Of a stretch of DNA of 64,000 nt, positions 27,155 through 35,335 are shown one piece after another; the stretch's first letter is position 1, and every line of letters starts with the position of its first letter. Source of the DNA: Oscillospiraceae bacterium (GTDB taxonomy: Bacteria; Bacillota; Clostridia; Oscillospirales; SIG627); assembly GCA_015064635.1 (NCBI GenBank), contig SVRV01000008.1, positions 12,770 through 76,769 of the forward strand, written 5' to 3'. The notes beneath the pieces are model-generated. The model saw only the letters and a list, made by a program, of their open reading frames with translations. It was not told the DNA's origin and did not search any database. Both the position numbers and the translations under genes were made by a program.

Positions 27155-27307
27155 ATGTCCATTGCTTTTTCTGTGTGGATTGATGAAAGCAAGAAGATAA
27201 TTTATGTTAAAGAAAACCCGAACGGTAAAGAGATTCTTTTTATGGACAGAAACACGGGCATTAAAATTGTAACAGCCCTTTCTTCAAACGGGTATAAAAT
27301 AGTATAA
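27155..27307 (+). CDS. Possible small ORF (50 aa) downstream of the blaR1-like gene
   Basis: It is below the ORF-track cutoff. ATG 27155 lies 6 nt after GGAG, and an alternative ATG is at 27143. The translation is MSIAFSVWIDESKKIIYVKENPNGKEILFMDRNTGIKIVTALSSNGYKIV. It ends 4 nt before a 15-bp-stem hairpin. I recognise no family. Confidence 0.3.
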   Translation: MSIAFSVWIDESKKIIYVKENPNGKEILFMDRNTGIKIVTALSSNGYKIV

Positions 27308-27310
27308 TTA

Positions 27311-27365
27311 AATCAAAAACTGTAGTAAATTCGATTTTTAAATCATTTTGCTACAGTTTTTGATT
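27311..27365 (+). terminator. Long hairpin, probable terminator of the blaI/blaR1-like operon
   Basis: Perfect 15-bp stem AATCAAAAACTGTAG / CTACAGTTTTTGATT with a 25-nt loop. The T-run lies inside the 3' arm. Confidence 0.5.
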
Positions 27366-27402
27366 ATATAAATGCCTTAGAAGAATAAAGTCTATTAAAA
27401 TA

Positions 27403-27431
27403 TTGACAAAGCTTGTAAATTAATATATAAT
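27403..27431 (+). promoter_or_regulatory. Consensus sigma-A promoter of the 31-aa peptide transcript
   Basis: TTGACA (27403-27408), a 17-nt spacer, then TATAAT (27426-27431). Confidence 0.6.
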
Positions 27432-27595
27432 GTGCCTCGTGGAAGCCTACCGTTATACAGTCTAGTTCTTTGGCAGTTTCTTGTAGACGGTGGCGGTTAA
27501 AAGAGACGGTTGCCTTGTCGGCCCGCATAATTGCGGAAAGGTAAGGTGAGTGCACAGCTTTTATGCGGGAACTAATCCCGAAAGGAGGCTGGTAC

Positions 27596-27691
27596 ATGTA
27601 CGCTTTGACTATTGTTGGAAGTATTTGCAGCATTGCAGGACTTTTGTTCGCAATCTACACACATATTAAGCCCAATAAAAAGGAAAAGTGA
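27596..27691 (+). CDS. Candidate type I toxin: 31-aa hydrophobic peptide
   Basis: It is not in the ORF track because it is under 60 aa. AAGGAGG (27582-27588) lies 7 nt before ATG 27596. The translation is MYALTIVGSICSIAGLLFAIYTHIKPNKKEK, then TGA 27689-27691. That gives one TM-length hydrophobic stretch plus a Lys-rich tail. Confidence 0.5.
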   Translation: MYALTIVGSICSIAGLLFAIYTHIKPNKKEK

Positions 27692-27788
27692 GCCGTCTGC
27701 TGCAACAGATGACTCACTGAGTTTTGAGGTTTGACCTCTATAGTGTTTTGTTTGTATGGTGGCAACCGTCTTGGGCTTCCACTTCTCT
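27680..27788 (-). ncRNA. Candidate antisense sRNA (antitoxin-like), about 110 nt
   Basis: Predicted to run from the minus-strand promoter (27823-27795) to the 27717-27688 hairpin and its T-run. It contains no ATG. It is antisense to the 3' end and 3' UTR of the peptide gene. The ends are estimated, not mapped. Confidence 0.4.
27688..27717. terminator. Bidirectional terminator hairpin shared by the convergent peptide and antisense transcripts
   Basis: GTGAGCCGTCTG-CTGCAA-CAGATGACTCAC forms a 12-bp stem. The two imperfect positions form 1 wobble and 1 mismatch in the minus-strand RNA. On the minus strand it is followed by TTTTCCTTTTTATT, and on the plus strand by the weaker TGAGTTTTGAGG. Confidence 0.5.
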
Positions 27789-27794
27789 GTCGTC

Positions 27795-27823
27795 ATTATA
27801 TCAAATTGCTCAGTATTTGTCAA
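27795..27823 (-). promoter_or_regulatory. Consensus sigma-A promoter convergent on the peptide gene
   Basis: On the minus strand: TTGACA (27823-27818), a 17-nt spacer, then TATAAT (27800-27795). Confidence 0.6.
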
Positions 27824-27827
27824 TACC

Positions 27828-27863
27828 AAAATGCTAACAAAAGGAGCATTTTGCTTGTTTTTG
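27828..27863 (+). terminator. Plus-strand intrinsic terminator (candidate end of a read-through peptide mRNA)
   Basis: AAAATGCT-AACAAAAGG-AGCATTTT, followed by GCTTGTTTTTG. Confidence 0.5.
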
Positions 27864-27902
27864 TTGACATAATGCATACAAATCAATACATTTTGTTACA
27901 TT

Positions 27903-27931
27903 AAACACTCAGTCCTGAGTGTTTATTTTTT
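27903..27931 (+). terminator. Plus-strand intrinsic terminator
   Basis: AAACACTCAG / CTGAGTGTTT stem followed by ATTTTTT. Confidence 0.6.
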
Positions 27932-28005
27932 GCTTGAAAATGCTTTACAAACAGATACTTTTATGATACAATAAACTGATAAAATATTTTTTGGAGGAAG
28001 TAGTT

Positions 28006-29070
28006 ATGTTGACACATAAGATTGCTGTAATAGCCGGTGACGGAATAGGCCCTGAGGTAATTGCCGAGGGTGTAAAGGTGCTCGAAAAGGTTGCCGAGCT
28101 TGACGGAGGCTTTAAGTTTGAATTTACTTATTTCCCTTGGGGATGTGAGTATTATAAAGAGACAGGCAGAATGATGGCAGAGGGCGGTATCGAGGAATTA
28201 AAGAAGTACGATGCTATTTTCCTCGGTGCGGTAGGTGCTCCCGGTGTGCCCGACCACATTTCTCTTTGGGACCTGCTTCTTGTTATCCGCAAGAGCTTCG
28301 ACCAGTACATAAATCTTCGTCCCGTAACACTTTTAAAGGGCGCTCCCTGCCCCTTGAAGGATGTAAAGACAGAGGACATCAATATGACCTTCGTCCGTGA
28401 AAATACAGAGGGCGAATATGCGGGAAGCGGAAGCTGGCTCTTCCGTGACAAGCCCAACGAGGTTGTTATTCAGGACGGTGTTTTCTCAAGAGTGGGATGT
28501 GAGCGTGTTATCCGCTATGCCTACGAGCTTGCAAAGAAGGAGGGCAAGAGCCTTACAAGTATTTCAAAGGGCAACGCTCTCAACTACTCAATGGTATTCT
28601 GGGATAAGATATTTGCCGAGGTGGGACGTGAATATCCGGAGGTAGAGACACATTCTTATCTCGTTGATGCCGCAAGTATGTTTATGGTAAAGGACCCCAG
28701 ACGCTTTGAAATAGTCGTTACCTCAAATCTCTTTGGTGATATTCTCACAGACCTTGGTGCGGCAATAGCAGGCGGTATGGGACTTGCCGCAGGTGCAAAT
28801 CTTAACCCCGAAAGAAAATTCCCCTCTATGTTTGAGCCTATTCACGGTTCAGCCCCCGACATTGCGGGTAAGGGCATTGCAAATCCCCTTGCAACCGTTT
28901 GGTCGGCATCTCAGCTCCTTGATTTCTTCGGCCACGAGGATTGGGGCAAGAAGCTCATTGACCTCATTGAGGAGGTTCTTGTGGAAGGCAAGACACTTAC
29001 TCCCGACCTTGGCGGAAGTGCATCCACGTCAGATGTAGGTGACGAAATAATCAAAAAGCTTGGAGAGTAA
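28006..29070 (+). CDS. Tartrate dehydrogenase / 3-isopropylmalate dehydrogenase-family oxidative decarboxylase
   Basis: IAVIAGDGIGPEV, FLGAVG.P and NLFGDILTDLGA.IAGG.GLA are motifs of the isocitrate/isopropylmalate dehydrogenase family. The overall pattern looks TtuC-like. ATG 28006 lies 8 nt after GGAGG. The ORF-track start 27991 is TTG. Confidence 0.85.
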   Translation: MLTHKIAVIAGDGIGPEVIAEGVKVLEKVAELDGGFKFEFTYFPWGCEYYKETGRMMAEGGIEELKKYDAIFLGAVGAPGVPDHISLWDLLLVIRKSFDQYINLRPVTLLKGAPCPLKDVKTEDINMTFVRENTEGEYAGSGSWLFRDKPNEVVIQDGVFSRVGCERVIRYAYELAKKEGKSLTSISKGNALNYSMVFWDKIFAEVGREYPEVETHSYLVDAASMFMVKDPRRFEIVVTSNLFGDILTDLGAAIAGGMGLAAGANLNPERKFPSMFEPIHGSAPDIAGKGIANPLATVWSASQLLDFFGHEDWGKKLIDLIEEVLVEGKTLTPDLGGSASTSDVGDEIIKKLGE

Positions 29071-29071
29071 A

Positions 29072-30301
29072 ATGGAAAAATTCATAACCCCCAATGACCC
29101 CGGTATAATTGCTAAAACCGACAGCGTATCCGTACAAAATGCAGTTAATGAGGCACATAGACTCGGCTGTTCGGTTGTGATTCCACGCTTTAACGAGAGA
29201 ACGGGGGAGAGCCTTTGGGTTTTTGAAAAGGCGGTGCTTCTGCCCTCGGATATAGAGGTCATTCTTGACAACTGTCACATTCGTCTTGCCGACGGCGCAA
29301 TAGACAATGTTTTCAGAAATTCCAACATATATGATGATGACCGTAATTTTATAAATCTCGGCAGACAGTACAATATCCACATCAGAGGTGTAGGCAACGC
29401 CCTTCTTGACGGCGGAAAGCACAACGGAGTCCTTGAGCTCAATGCTAATAAGAGGGGACTCAGGTGCGATGCAAACAACTTTATACTTCTTCACAATGTA
29501 GAAAATTACACAATAGAAAACCTTGAGCTTATGGACCAGCGCTGGTGGGCTGTTAATATGCATTTTTGCTCTCACGGCAGAGTAGCGGATATCCGTATAA
29601 ATGCAAGAAATAATGTGCCCAATCAGGACGGAATAAACATAAGATCGGGCTGTAGCCATATCACAATAGAAAATATAACAGGTCAGTCGGGTGACGACCT
29701 TATTGCTGTGACCACAATAGGCGGAAATTTCAGATATAAGCCGTCTGAGGACTGCGACATTGACGTCCATGATATAAAGATAAGAAACATCTTGGGTTGT
29801 TCGGGCGCTCAGGCGCTTGTATCCCTTCGTAACCATGACGGCTCAAGGCTTTATAACGTAGAAGTTGAGAACGTTATGGACACGAGGAACCACAACAAAA
29901 ACAATCACCCCTACGGTGTACTCCGTGTTGGAGAAAACCTCTATTACAGAGTCCGTCCCTCCGAAATGGGTGAGACACATGATATTCACGCAAAAAACAT
30001 ATTTGCACAGACTGATGAAACTATCTGTGTAGGTGCAACCCTGAAGGATTGTAGCTTTGAGAATATTCACGCCTCACACATGGCTCACTGTGTCGTGTGC
30101 ACCGACCATCGCCCCCATCAGGACGGCGGTGTAAAAATGGAGAATGTAACCTTTGACGGTATATATGTGAACAGTGACAGACGCAGCTTTGCTCTTACAA
30201 AGTTTAACAACATGCGTGAGGGTGATTACCTTAAAAATGTTGTAATCAAAAACGTAAACGGAGCCGAGCCCGTGGAAACGGAGGGCATGAGGTATGAATA
30301 A
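29072..30301 (+). CDS. Right-handed beta-helix protein, glycoside hydrolase family 28-like
   Basis: NQDGINIRSGCSHITIENITGQSGDDLIAV resembles the GH28 NTDG/GDD catalytic strands. There is no signal peptide. ATG 29072 is preferred over TTG 29060. Confidence 0.65.
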   Translation: MEKFITPNDPGIIAKTDSVSVQNAVNEAHRLGCSVVIPRFNERTGESLWVFEKAVLLPSDIEVILDNCHIRLADGAIDNVFRNSNIYDDDRNFINLGRQYNIHIRGVGNALLDGGKHNGVLELNANKRGLRCDANNFILLHNVENYTIENLELMDQRWWAVNMHFCSHGRVADIRINARNNVPNQDGINIRSGCSHITIENITGQSGDDLIAVTTIGGNFRYKPSEDCDIDVHDIKIRNILGCSGAQALVSLRNHDGSRLYNVEVENVMDTRNHNKNNHPYGVLRVGENLYYRVRPSEMGETHDIHAKNIFAQTDETICVGATLKDCSFENIHASHMAHCVVCTDHRPHQDGGVKMENVTFDGIYVNSDRRSFALTKFNNMREGDYLKNVVIKNVNGAEPVETEGMRYE

Positions 30302-31007
30302 TTTTATTTTTGCATCCCGTGGGACAAGTGACCGTGAGGCTTTGCAGACAGCAATTCTTCAGGCAAAGGAATCGGGACACGACAAGGTAGTTATCCCCGA
30401 GGGAGAGTGGCAGATAGACGAGCCCATCCTCCTCCCGAGCAACATACATATAATCCTTGACGGTGCCACAGTTGTGGCAAAGGACGTTGCCTTCCGAAAC
30501 GAAAACCTTTATTCCACCTTTGGTTGTATGAGAGAGGGCAAACAGAAAAGCATAGTAATAAACGGCAAAAATTCGGCAAAAATAAAGGGCGGAATATTGA
30601 TACACAATGCTGACAATATCCGCATTGAGGACCTTGCATTTGAAGACGGGGGAGTAACACTTTCCTTCTGCCACGATGTAAGAGTACGCAATATTATCAC
30701 CAATACTGTTGCACTTCATCTCATGAATGGGTGCCATCAGATAATCGCTCACTCTCTGATAGGTGAGACAGCACTTCAGGCAATTTCACGCCGTGCTGCA
30801 GTGGGAGATTTCATGAACTGGGATTATGACTATAATTTCGACGTTTTTGAGGATAGTCCCGAAATATGCTTCGGTGTATTTGAAGGCGTTTCGGGAAAGG
30901 TGACACTTTTCTCGGAGGGCGAGATGTACAATATCCGAGGTGAGGCGGAAATGACCGCTGAAAACGGCGAATTTTTCAATATTTACAATATGGTTATTGA
31001 GAGGTAG
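30294..31007 (+). CDS. Right-handed beta-helix (pectin-lyase-fold) protein
   Basis: 237 aa. The N-terminus (LQTAILQAKESGHDKVVIPEGEWQIDEPILLPSNIHIILDGA) parallels that of the preceding gene. There is no signal peptide. It overlaps the upstream stop. Confidence 0.6.
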   Translation: MNNFIFASRGTSDREALQTAILQAKESGHDKVVIPEGEWQIDEPILLPSNIHIILDGATVVAKDVAFRNENLYSTFGCMREGKQKSIVINGKNSAKIKGGILIHNADNIRIEDLAFEDGGVTLSFCHDVRVRNIITNTVALHLMNGCHQIIAHSLIGETALQAISRRAAVGDFMNWDYDYNFDVFEDSPEICFGVFEGVSGKVTLFSEGEMYNIRGEAEMTAENGEFFNIYNMVIER

Positions 31008-31009
31008 TT

Positions 31010-32311
31010 ATGTCAAAAACCAATATTATACCGTCTCGTATTGCTGACGGTGTTACACTCTATTATATAGAGGACAGCAAATATAAAACCAACTATACAA
31101 ACGTTTATTTCACTCTTCCCCTGACCTCGGAAAATGCTACCAAGGCAAGTCTTGCGGCAAAGCTTTTAAAAAGGGGAAGCAAGAGATATCCTTCCATGGC
31201 TGAACTGAATTCGGCACTGGATATGAATTATGCCTCAACCTTGAGCTTTTCATCCTTCAAGGAAGGAGAAAAGACGGTTTTCGCCATGTCTCTTGCCACA
31301 ATGAAAAACTCCTTTGCACCAAACGGCGAGGATATTTATGCAGAGGCTATTGGTATTGCCTTTGATGCACTCCTTTGTCCTTTGACCGAAAACGGAGGCT
31401 TCAAGGAAGAGTATTTTGAAAGTGAAAAGAAGAATCTGAAGGATTCCATCCTTTCGCAGATAAATAACAAGGCATCCTATTCACGCACACGCTTTATCAG
31501 TGAAATGTGCGAGGGAGAAGCCTACGGAACCAACGGAGAAGGCGACCTTTCTGCACTTGAAGGGATAACCTCCGCCGACCTTTATGACTTCTTGAAAAAT
31601 ATGATCGAGACGGCGGTCTGTGATATTTATTTTGTCGGTACTGAGTCCGAGGAAAGAGTAAAGGAGCTCAATAAAAAGGCTTTTTCGGGCATTAAGAGAG
31701 CTTGCGGTGAGCGTATAAAAACAAGCCTTGTAACCGATATAAAGGGCAAAAACGTGACCGAGACACTTGATATTGCCCAGGCTCATCTTTGGATAGGCTT
31801 CAGGACTCCTGCCACATATTCAAGCCCCGATTATCTCAAGTTCGTGCTCTTCAACATGGTAATGGGCGGAGACGTTTCAAGTAAAATGTTTATGAACATC
31901 CGTGAAAAGCTCTCACTTTGCTATACCTGTTATTCCGCACTGGACGGAATGAAGGGAATATTCATGGCGTATGCCGGAATCGACCCCGAAAACAAGGAAA
32001 AGACCTTGAATGCCTTTTTTGAGGAGCTTGAAAATGTGAGAGCGGGTAAGGTCAGCGAAACCGAGCTTGAGGATGCAAAGAAGGCGTATATCAACCGTAT
32101 GAAGGAGATTCAGGACAATCCATCCCTCCTTCCCGCATGGTTCCATATGCGACTTGAAAGCGATATCCCCCGTGACCCGTCAAGCGACGCCGAGGAGATA
32201 GCAAGGCTTACTCTTGAGGACGTGATTTGGGCGGCAGGTCAGATAGAAAAGGATACGGTGTATTTCCTTACAAAAACCGAAACCGAGTCTTACTCGGAGG
32301 TAATGGAGTAA
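31010..32311 (+). CDS. M16-family (insulinase-like) peptidase subunit lacking the HxxEH motif
   Basis: 433 aa. The length and pairing with the next gene are typical of heterodimeric M16 peptidases. I saw no HxxEH motif. Confidence 0.75.
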   Translation: MSKTNIIPSRIADGVTLYYIEDSKYKTNYTNVYFTLPLTSENATKASLAAKLLKRGSKRYPSMAELNSALDMNYASTLSFSSFKEGEKTVFAMSLATMKNSFAPNGEDIYAEAIGIAFDALLCPLTENGGFKEEYFESEKKNLKDSILSQINNKASYSRTRFISEMCEGEAYGTNGEGDLSALEGITSADLYDFLKNMIETAVCDIYFVGTESEERVKELNKKAFSGIKRACGERIKTSLVTDIKGKNVTETLDIAQAHLWIGFRTPATYSSPDYLKFVLFNMVMGGDVSSKMFMNIREKLSLCYTCYSALDGMKGIFMAYAGIDPENKEKTLNAFFEELENVRAGKVSETELEDAKKAYINRMKEIQDNPSLLPAWFHMRLESDIPRDPSSDAEEIARLTLEDVIWAAGQIEKDTVYFLTKTETESYSEVME

Positions 32312-32313
32312 AT

Positions 32314-33615
32314 ATGAATTTCACTAAATATACAAACGAGCTTTTAAAGGAGTCATATTACAAGGGCAAGCACAAAAGCGGTCTTGAGGTCATAGTGATT
32401 CCCAAGGACCAGATGACTCTTTACGCTACCTTTGCCACTCGCTATGGCTCTATGGATAACACCTTCAAGACGGGAAGTGACAGCGAATATATCACCGTAC
32501 CCGACGGAATAGCTCATTTCTTGGAGCACAAGCTTTTTGAAAGTGATGACGGAACAGACACCTTTTCAAGATTCACAGCCCTCGGTGCTTCGGCAAATGC
32601 CTACACCTCAAACGAGGTGACCTCCTACCTTTTCTCGGCTACCGAGAATTATTACGAATCCCTTGAGGTACTTCTTGACTTTGTTACCCATCCCTATTTT
32701 TCAAAAGAAAACGTGGACAAGGAAATGGGCATCATCGAGCAAGAGCTGAGAATGTATGAGGACAACCCTTACCGTTGGATGTATCAGGAGCTGCTCAGGG
32801 GACTTTATCAAAAGAACACAGTCAACATTCCCGTTGGCGGAACTGTGGAGTCCATTCACGAAATTACGCCCGAAATACTCTACGATTGCTACAATACCTT
32901 CTACAACCTGAATAACATGGTACTCATCGTCTGCGGAAACGTATCTCTTGACGGCGTTGAGGCTGTAATGGACAAGGCTTTAAAGGAAAGCTGCGGTATT
33001 GCCATTGAGAAAAAAATTGCCGACGAGCCGAGAGCGGTTGCAAGAGAGTATACCGAGAAGAAGTTCCCCGTGGCACTGCCCGTGTTCAACATAGGACTCA
33101 AGGAAACCGATATAGGAGGAGACGGCAGAGCCTTTATAAAGCGTGAATTCGAGCATATGATAATAGCCGAGCTTATTTTCGGCAAGACCTCACAGTTTTA
33201 CAATACCCTTTATTCCGAGGGGCTTATAAACCAAAAATTCGGCACAGCCTATTATTCCTCCGCTTCATGGGGCTTCTTTATTGCAAGCGGCGAAAGCCGT
33301 GACCCCATATCGGTACGTGACAGAATCAAAGAGGAAATAGAGCTTTGGAGAGCGGGCAAGAAGGAGATATCTTCCGATGACTTTGAAAGAGCAAAGAGAG
33401 TGCTTTATTCCGCTTCTGTTCAGGCGTGGAATTCTACCTCCGATATTGCCGAAGGCTTCCTTGATTACTATCTTGCGGGAGCCGATATGCTCGACCTTCC
33501 CGAGGTGCTTTCGGGAATCGGTATAGAGGACATTAAAAAGCGACTTGAGGTATCCTATGATACAAGTCTTGTTTCAATGACGGTTGCAAAACCCGAGGAC
33601 AAAGAAGGAGAGTAA
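32314..33615 (+). CDS. M16-family zinc peptidase (catalytic subunit)
   Basis: GIAHFLEHKLFE carries the inverted zinc motif HxxEH. ATG 32314, 2 nt after the upstream stop, is preferred over ORF-track start 32227, which overlaps the previous gene. Confidence 0.85.
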   Translation: MNFTKYTNELLKESYYKGKHKSGLEVIVIPKDQMTLYATFATRYGSMDNTFKTGSDSEYITVPDGIAHFLEHKLFESDDGTDTFSRFTALGASANAYTSNEVTSYLFSATENYYESLEVLLDFVTHPYFSKENVDKEMGIIEQELRMYEDNPYRWMYQELLRGLYQKNTVNIPVGGTVESIHEITPEILYDCYNTFYNLNNMVLIVCGNVSLDGVEAVMDKALKESCGIAIEKKIADEPRAVAREYTEKKFPVALPVFNIGLKETDIGGDGRAFIKREFEHMIIAELIFGKTSQFYNTLYSEGLINQKFGTAYYSSASWGFFIASGESRDPISVRDRIKEEIELWRAGKKEISSDDFERAKRVLYSASVQAWNSTSDIAEGFLDYYLAGADMLDLPEVLSGIGIEDIKKRLEVSYDTSLVSMTVAKPEDKEGE

Positions 33616-33618
33616 AAA

Positions 33619-34479
33619 ATGAGTTCACATTGGATATCCTTCCCGGGACTGGGAATAGATGCCTTTAAGGTAGACCCGGTAGCTTTTTCTCTGTTTGGAC
33701 GCAGTATAATGTGGTACGGCGTGATAATATGTCTTGGACTTCTCCTTGCCGTGATTTATACATGGCGTAGATTTATAAAAGAAGGCTTCACCGAGGACCA
33801 GTTTTTCAACTATGCTATCATTCTTATCCCTGTATCTGTGATTTGCGCAAGACTCTATTACGTAATATTCGACCCAACACCCGACTATCATTCCTTCCTT
33901 GACGTCATTGCCATATGGCGGGGAGGCATCGGAATATACGGCGGTATAATCGGCGGTGCAATTGTATCCATTGTTTATGCAAAGGTAATAAAAAAGCCGA
34001 TTCTCCGTGTGCTTGATTGCGTTGCCCCCGCTGTTATGATAGGACAGATGATAGGCAGATGGGGAAACTTTGTCAATGCCGAGGCACACGGCGGTATTAC
34101 AGACCTCCCTTGGAGGATGGGAATAGCACCCTATCACGAGAATATTCCTTACAGTGACGATTATGCGGTATTCTATCATCCCACATTCCTGTATGAATCT
34201 CTCTGGAACCTGATAGGCTTCCTCATAGTTCACTTTGTTATCGCAAAGAAAAAGAAATTCGAGGGACAGATAGCCTTCTTTTACCTTGCATGGTATGGAC
34301 TCGGCAGAGGCTTTATAGAGCTTCTCAGAACCGACAGCCTTGAGATATTCGGATTCAGAGTTTCGGCACTTGTGGGTTTTGCTTCGGCATTGATTTTTGG
34401 AACGCTTTACCTTGTCAGACTCAAAAAATCTAAAGATAAACATGATAACACAGAAGAAAAAGCAGAGGAGGAAAAATAA
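33619..34479 (+). CDS. lgt: Prolipoprotein diacylglyceryl transferase
   Basis: 286 aa polytopic membrane protein. YG..I..G...A, GRWGNF.N.E.HG and FHPTFLYESLWN are Lgt signature regions. Confidence 0.93.
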   Translation: MSSHWISFPGLGIDAFKVDPVAFSLFGRSIMWYGVIICLGLLLAVIYTWRRFIKEGFTEDQFFNYAIILIPVSVICARLYYVIFDPTPDYHSFLDVIAIWRGGIGIYGGIIGGAIVSIVYAKVIKKPILRVLDCVAPAVMIGQMIGRWGNFVNAEAHGGITDLPWRMGIAPYHENIPYSDDYAVFYHPTFLYESLWNLIGFLIVHFVIAKKKKFEGQIAFFYLAWYGLGRGFIELLRTDSLEIFGFRVSALVGFASALIFGTLYLVRLKKSKDKHDNTEEKAEEEK

Positions 34480-35331
34480 ATGGCAGTAATACTTGACGGT
34501 AAGCTGACATCACAGAATGTCAGAGAAAAAATAAGAGCAGAGGTTGACTTAATTCCCGAGGGTACAAGACGCCCCGGACTTGCGGTTATTATAGTAGGTG
34601 ACGACTCTGCTTCACACGTATATGTAAGAAACAAAAAGAAAGGCTGTGAGGAGGTAGGATTTTTATCAAGAGAATATGCCCTTCCTGCCGAAACGACCGA
34701 GGAAGAGCTTATTTCCCTTGTGCGTGAGCTGAATCACGACAACGAAATTGACGGTATACTTGTACAGCTTCCTCTTCCTTCTCATCTTGACGATAAGAAA
34801 ATAATAGAAAATATTGACCCGTCAAAGGACGTTGACGCATTTTCCTATCACAATGTGGGCAGAATCACAGTGGGAGATTATGATTTCCTTCCCTGTACAC
34901 CCGCAGGTGTTATGGAGCTTCTTGATGCTTACGGAATTGACCCAAGCGGCAAGAGTGCGGTGGTTGTGGGCAGAAGCAATATTGTAGGAAAGCCGCAGGC
35001 ACTTCTTCTTTTGCAGGCTAACGCTACCGTAACAGTTGCTCATTCCAGAACAAAGAATCTCGCCGAGGTAACAAGGGGTGCGGATATCCTTGTTGTCGCT
35101 ATCGGAAAGGCGAAGTTTGTCACTGCCGATATGGTGAAGGACGGTGCCGTTGTCATTGACGTTGGAATGGACAGAGATGAAAACGGAAAGCTTTGCGGAG
35201 ACGTTGACTTCGAGAGCGTTAAGGAAAAGGCATCCTACATTACACCCGTACCCGGCGGTGTTGGACCCATGACAATAACAGAGCTTTTGAAAAATACTCT
35301 TACTGCGTATAAGAGACACATGAAGGATTAA
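34480..35331 (+). CDS. folD: Bifunctional methylenetetrahydrofolate dehydrogenase/cyclohydrolase
   Basis: 283 aa. [35 protein letters not shown] and [10 protein letters not shown] are FolD motifs. Confidence 0.95.
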   Translation: MAVILDGKLTSQNVREKIRAEVDLIPEGTRRPGLAVIIVGDDSASHVYVRNKKKGCEEVGFLSREYALPAETTEEELISLVRELNHDNEIDGILVQLPLPSHLDDKKIIENIDPSKDVDAFSYHNVGRITVGDYDFLPCTPAGVMELLDAYGIDPSGKSAVVVGRSNIVGKPQALLLLQANATVTVAHSRTKNLAEVTRGADILVVAIGKAKFVTADMVKDGAVVIDVGMDRDENGKLCGDVDFESVKEKASYITPVPGGVGPMTITELLKNTLTAYKRHMKD

Positions 35332-35335
35332 ATAG

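Noticed and set aside
27364-27886. Minus-strand ORFs 27364-27633 (89 aa) and 27572-27886 (104 aa).
   Set aside because: They span two consensus promoters, a terminator hairpin and the SD and ORF of the 31-aa peptide on the other strand. They have no SD of their own. The small-RNA/peptide interpretation explains the signals better.
27864-27892. TTGACA-17-TACATT promoter-like sequence at 27864-27892.
   Set aside because: A transcript from it would run straight into the 27903-27931 terminator after about 10 nt. The dehydrogenase gene has a better-placed TTTACA-17-TACAAT candidate at about 27944-27972. It is kept only as a note.
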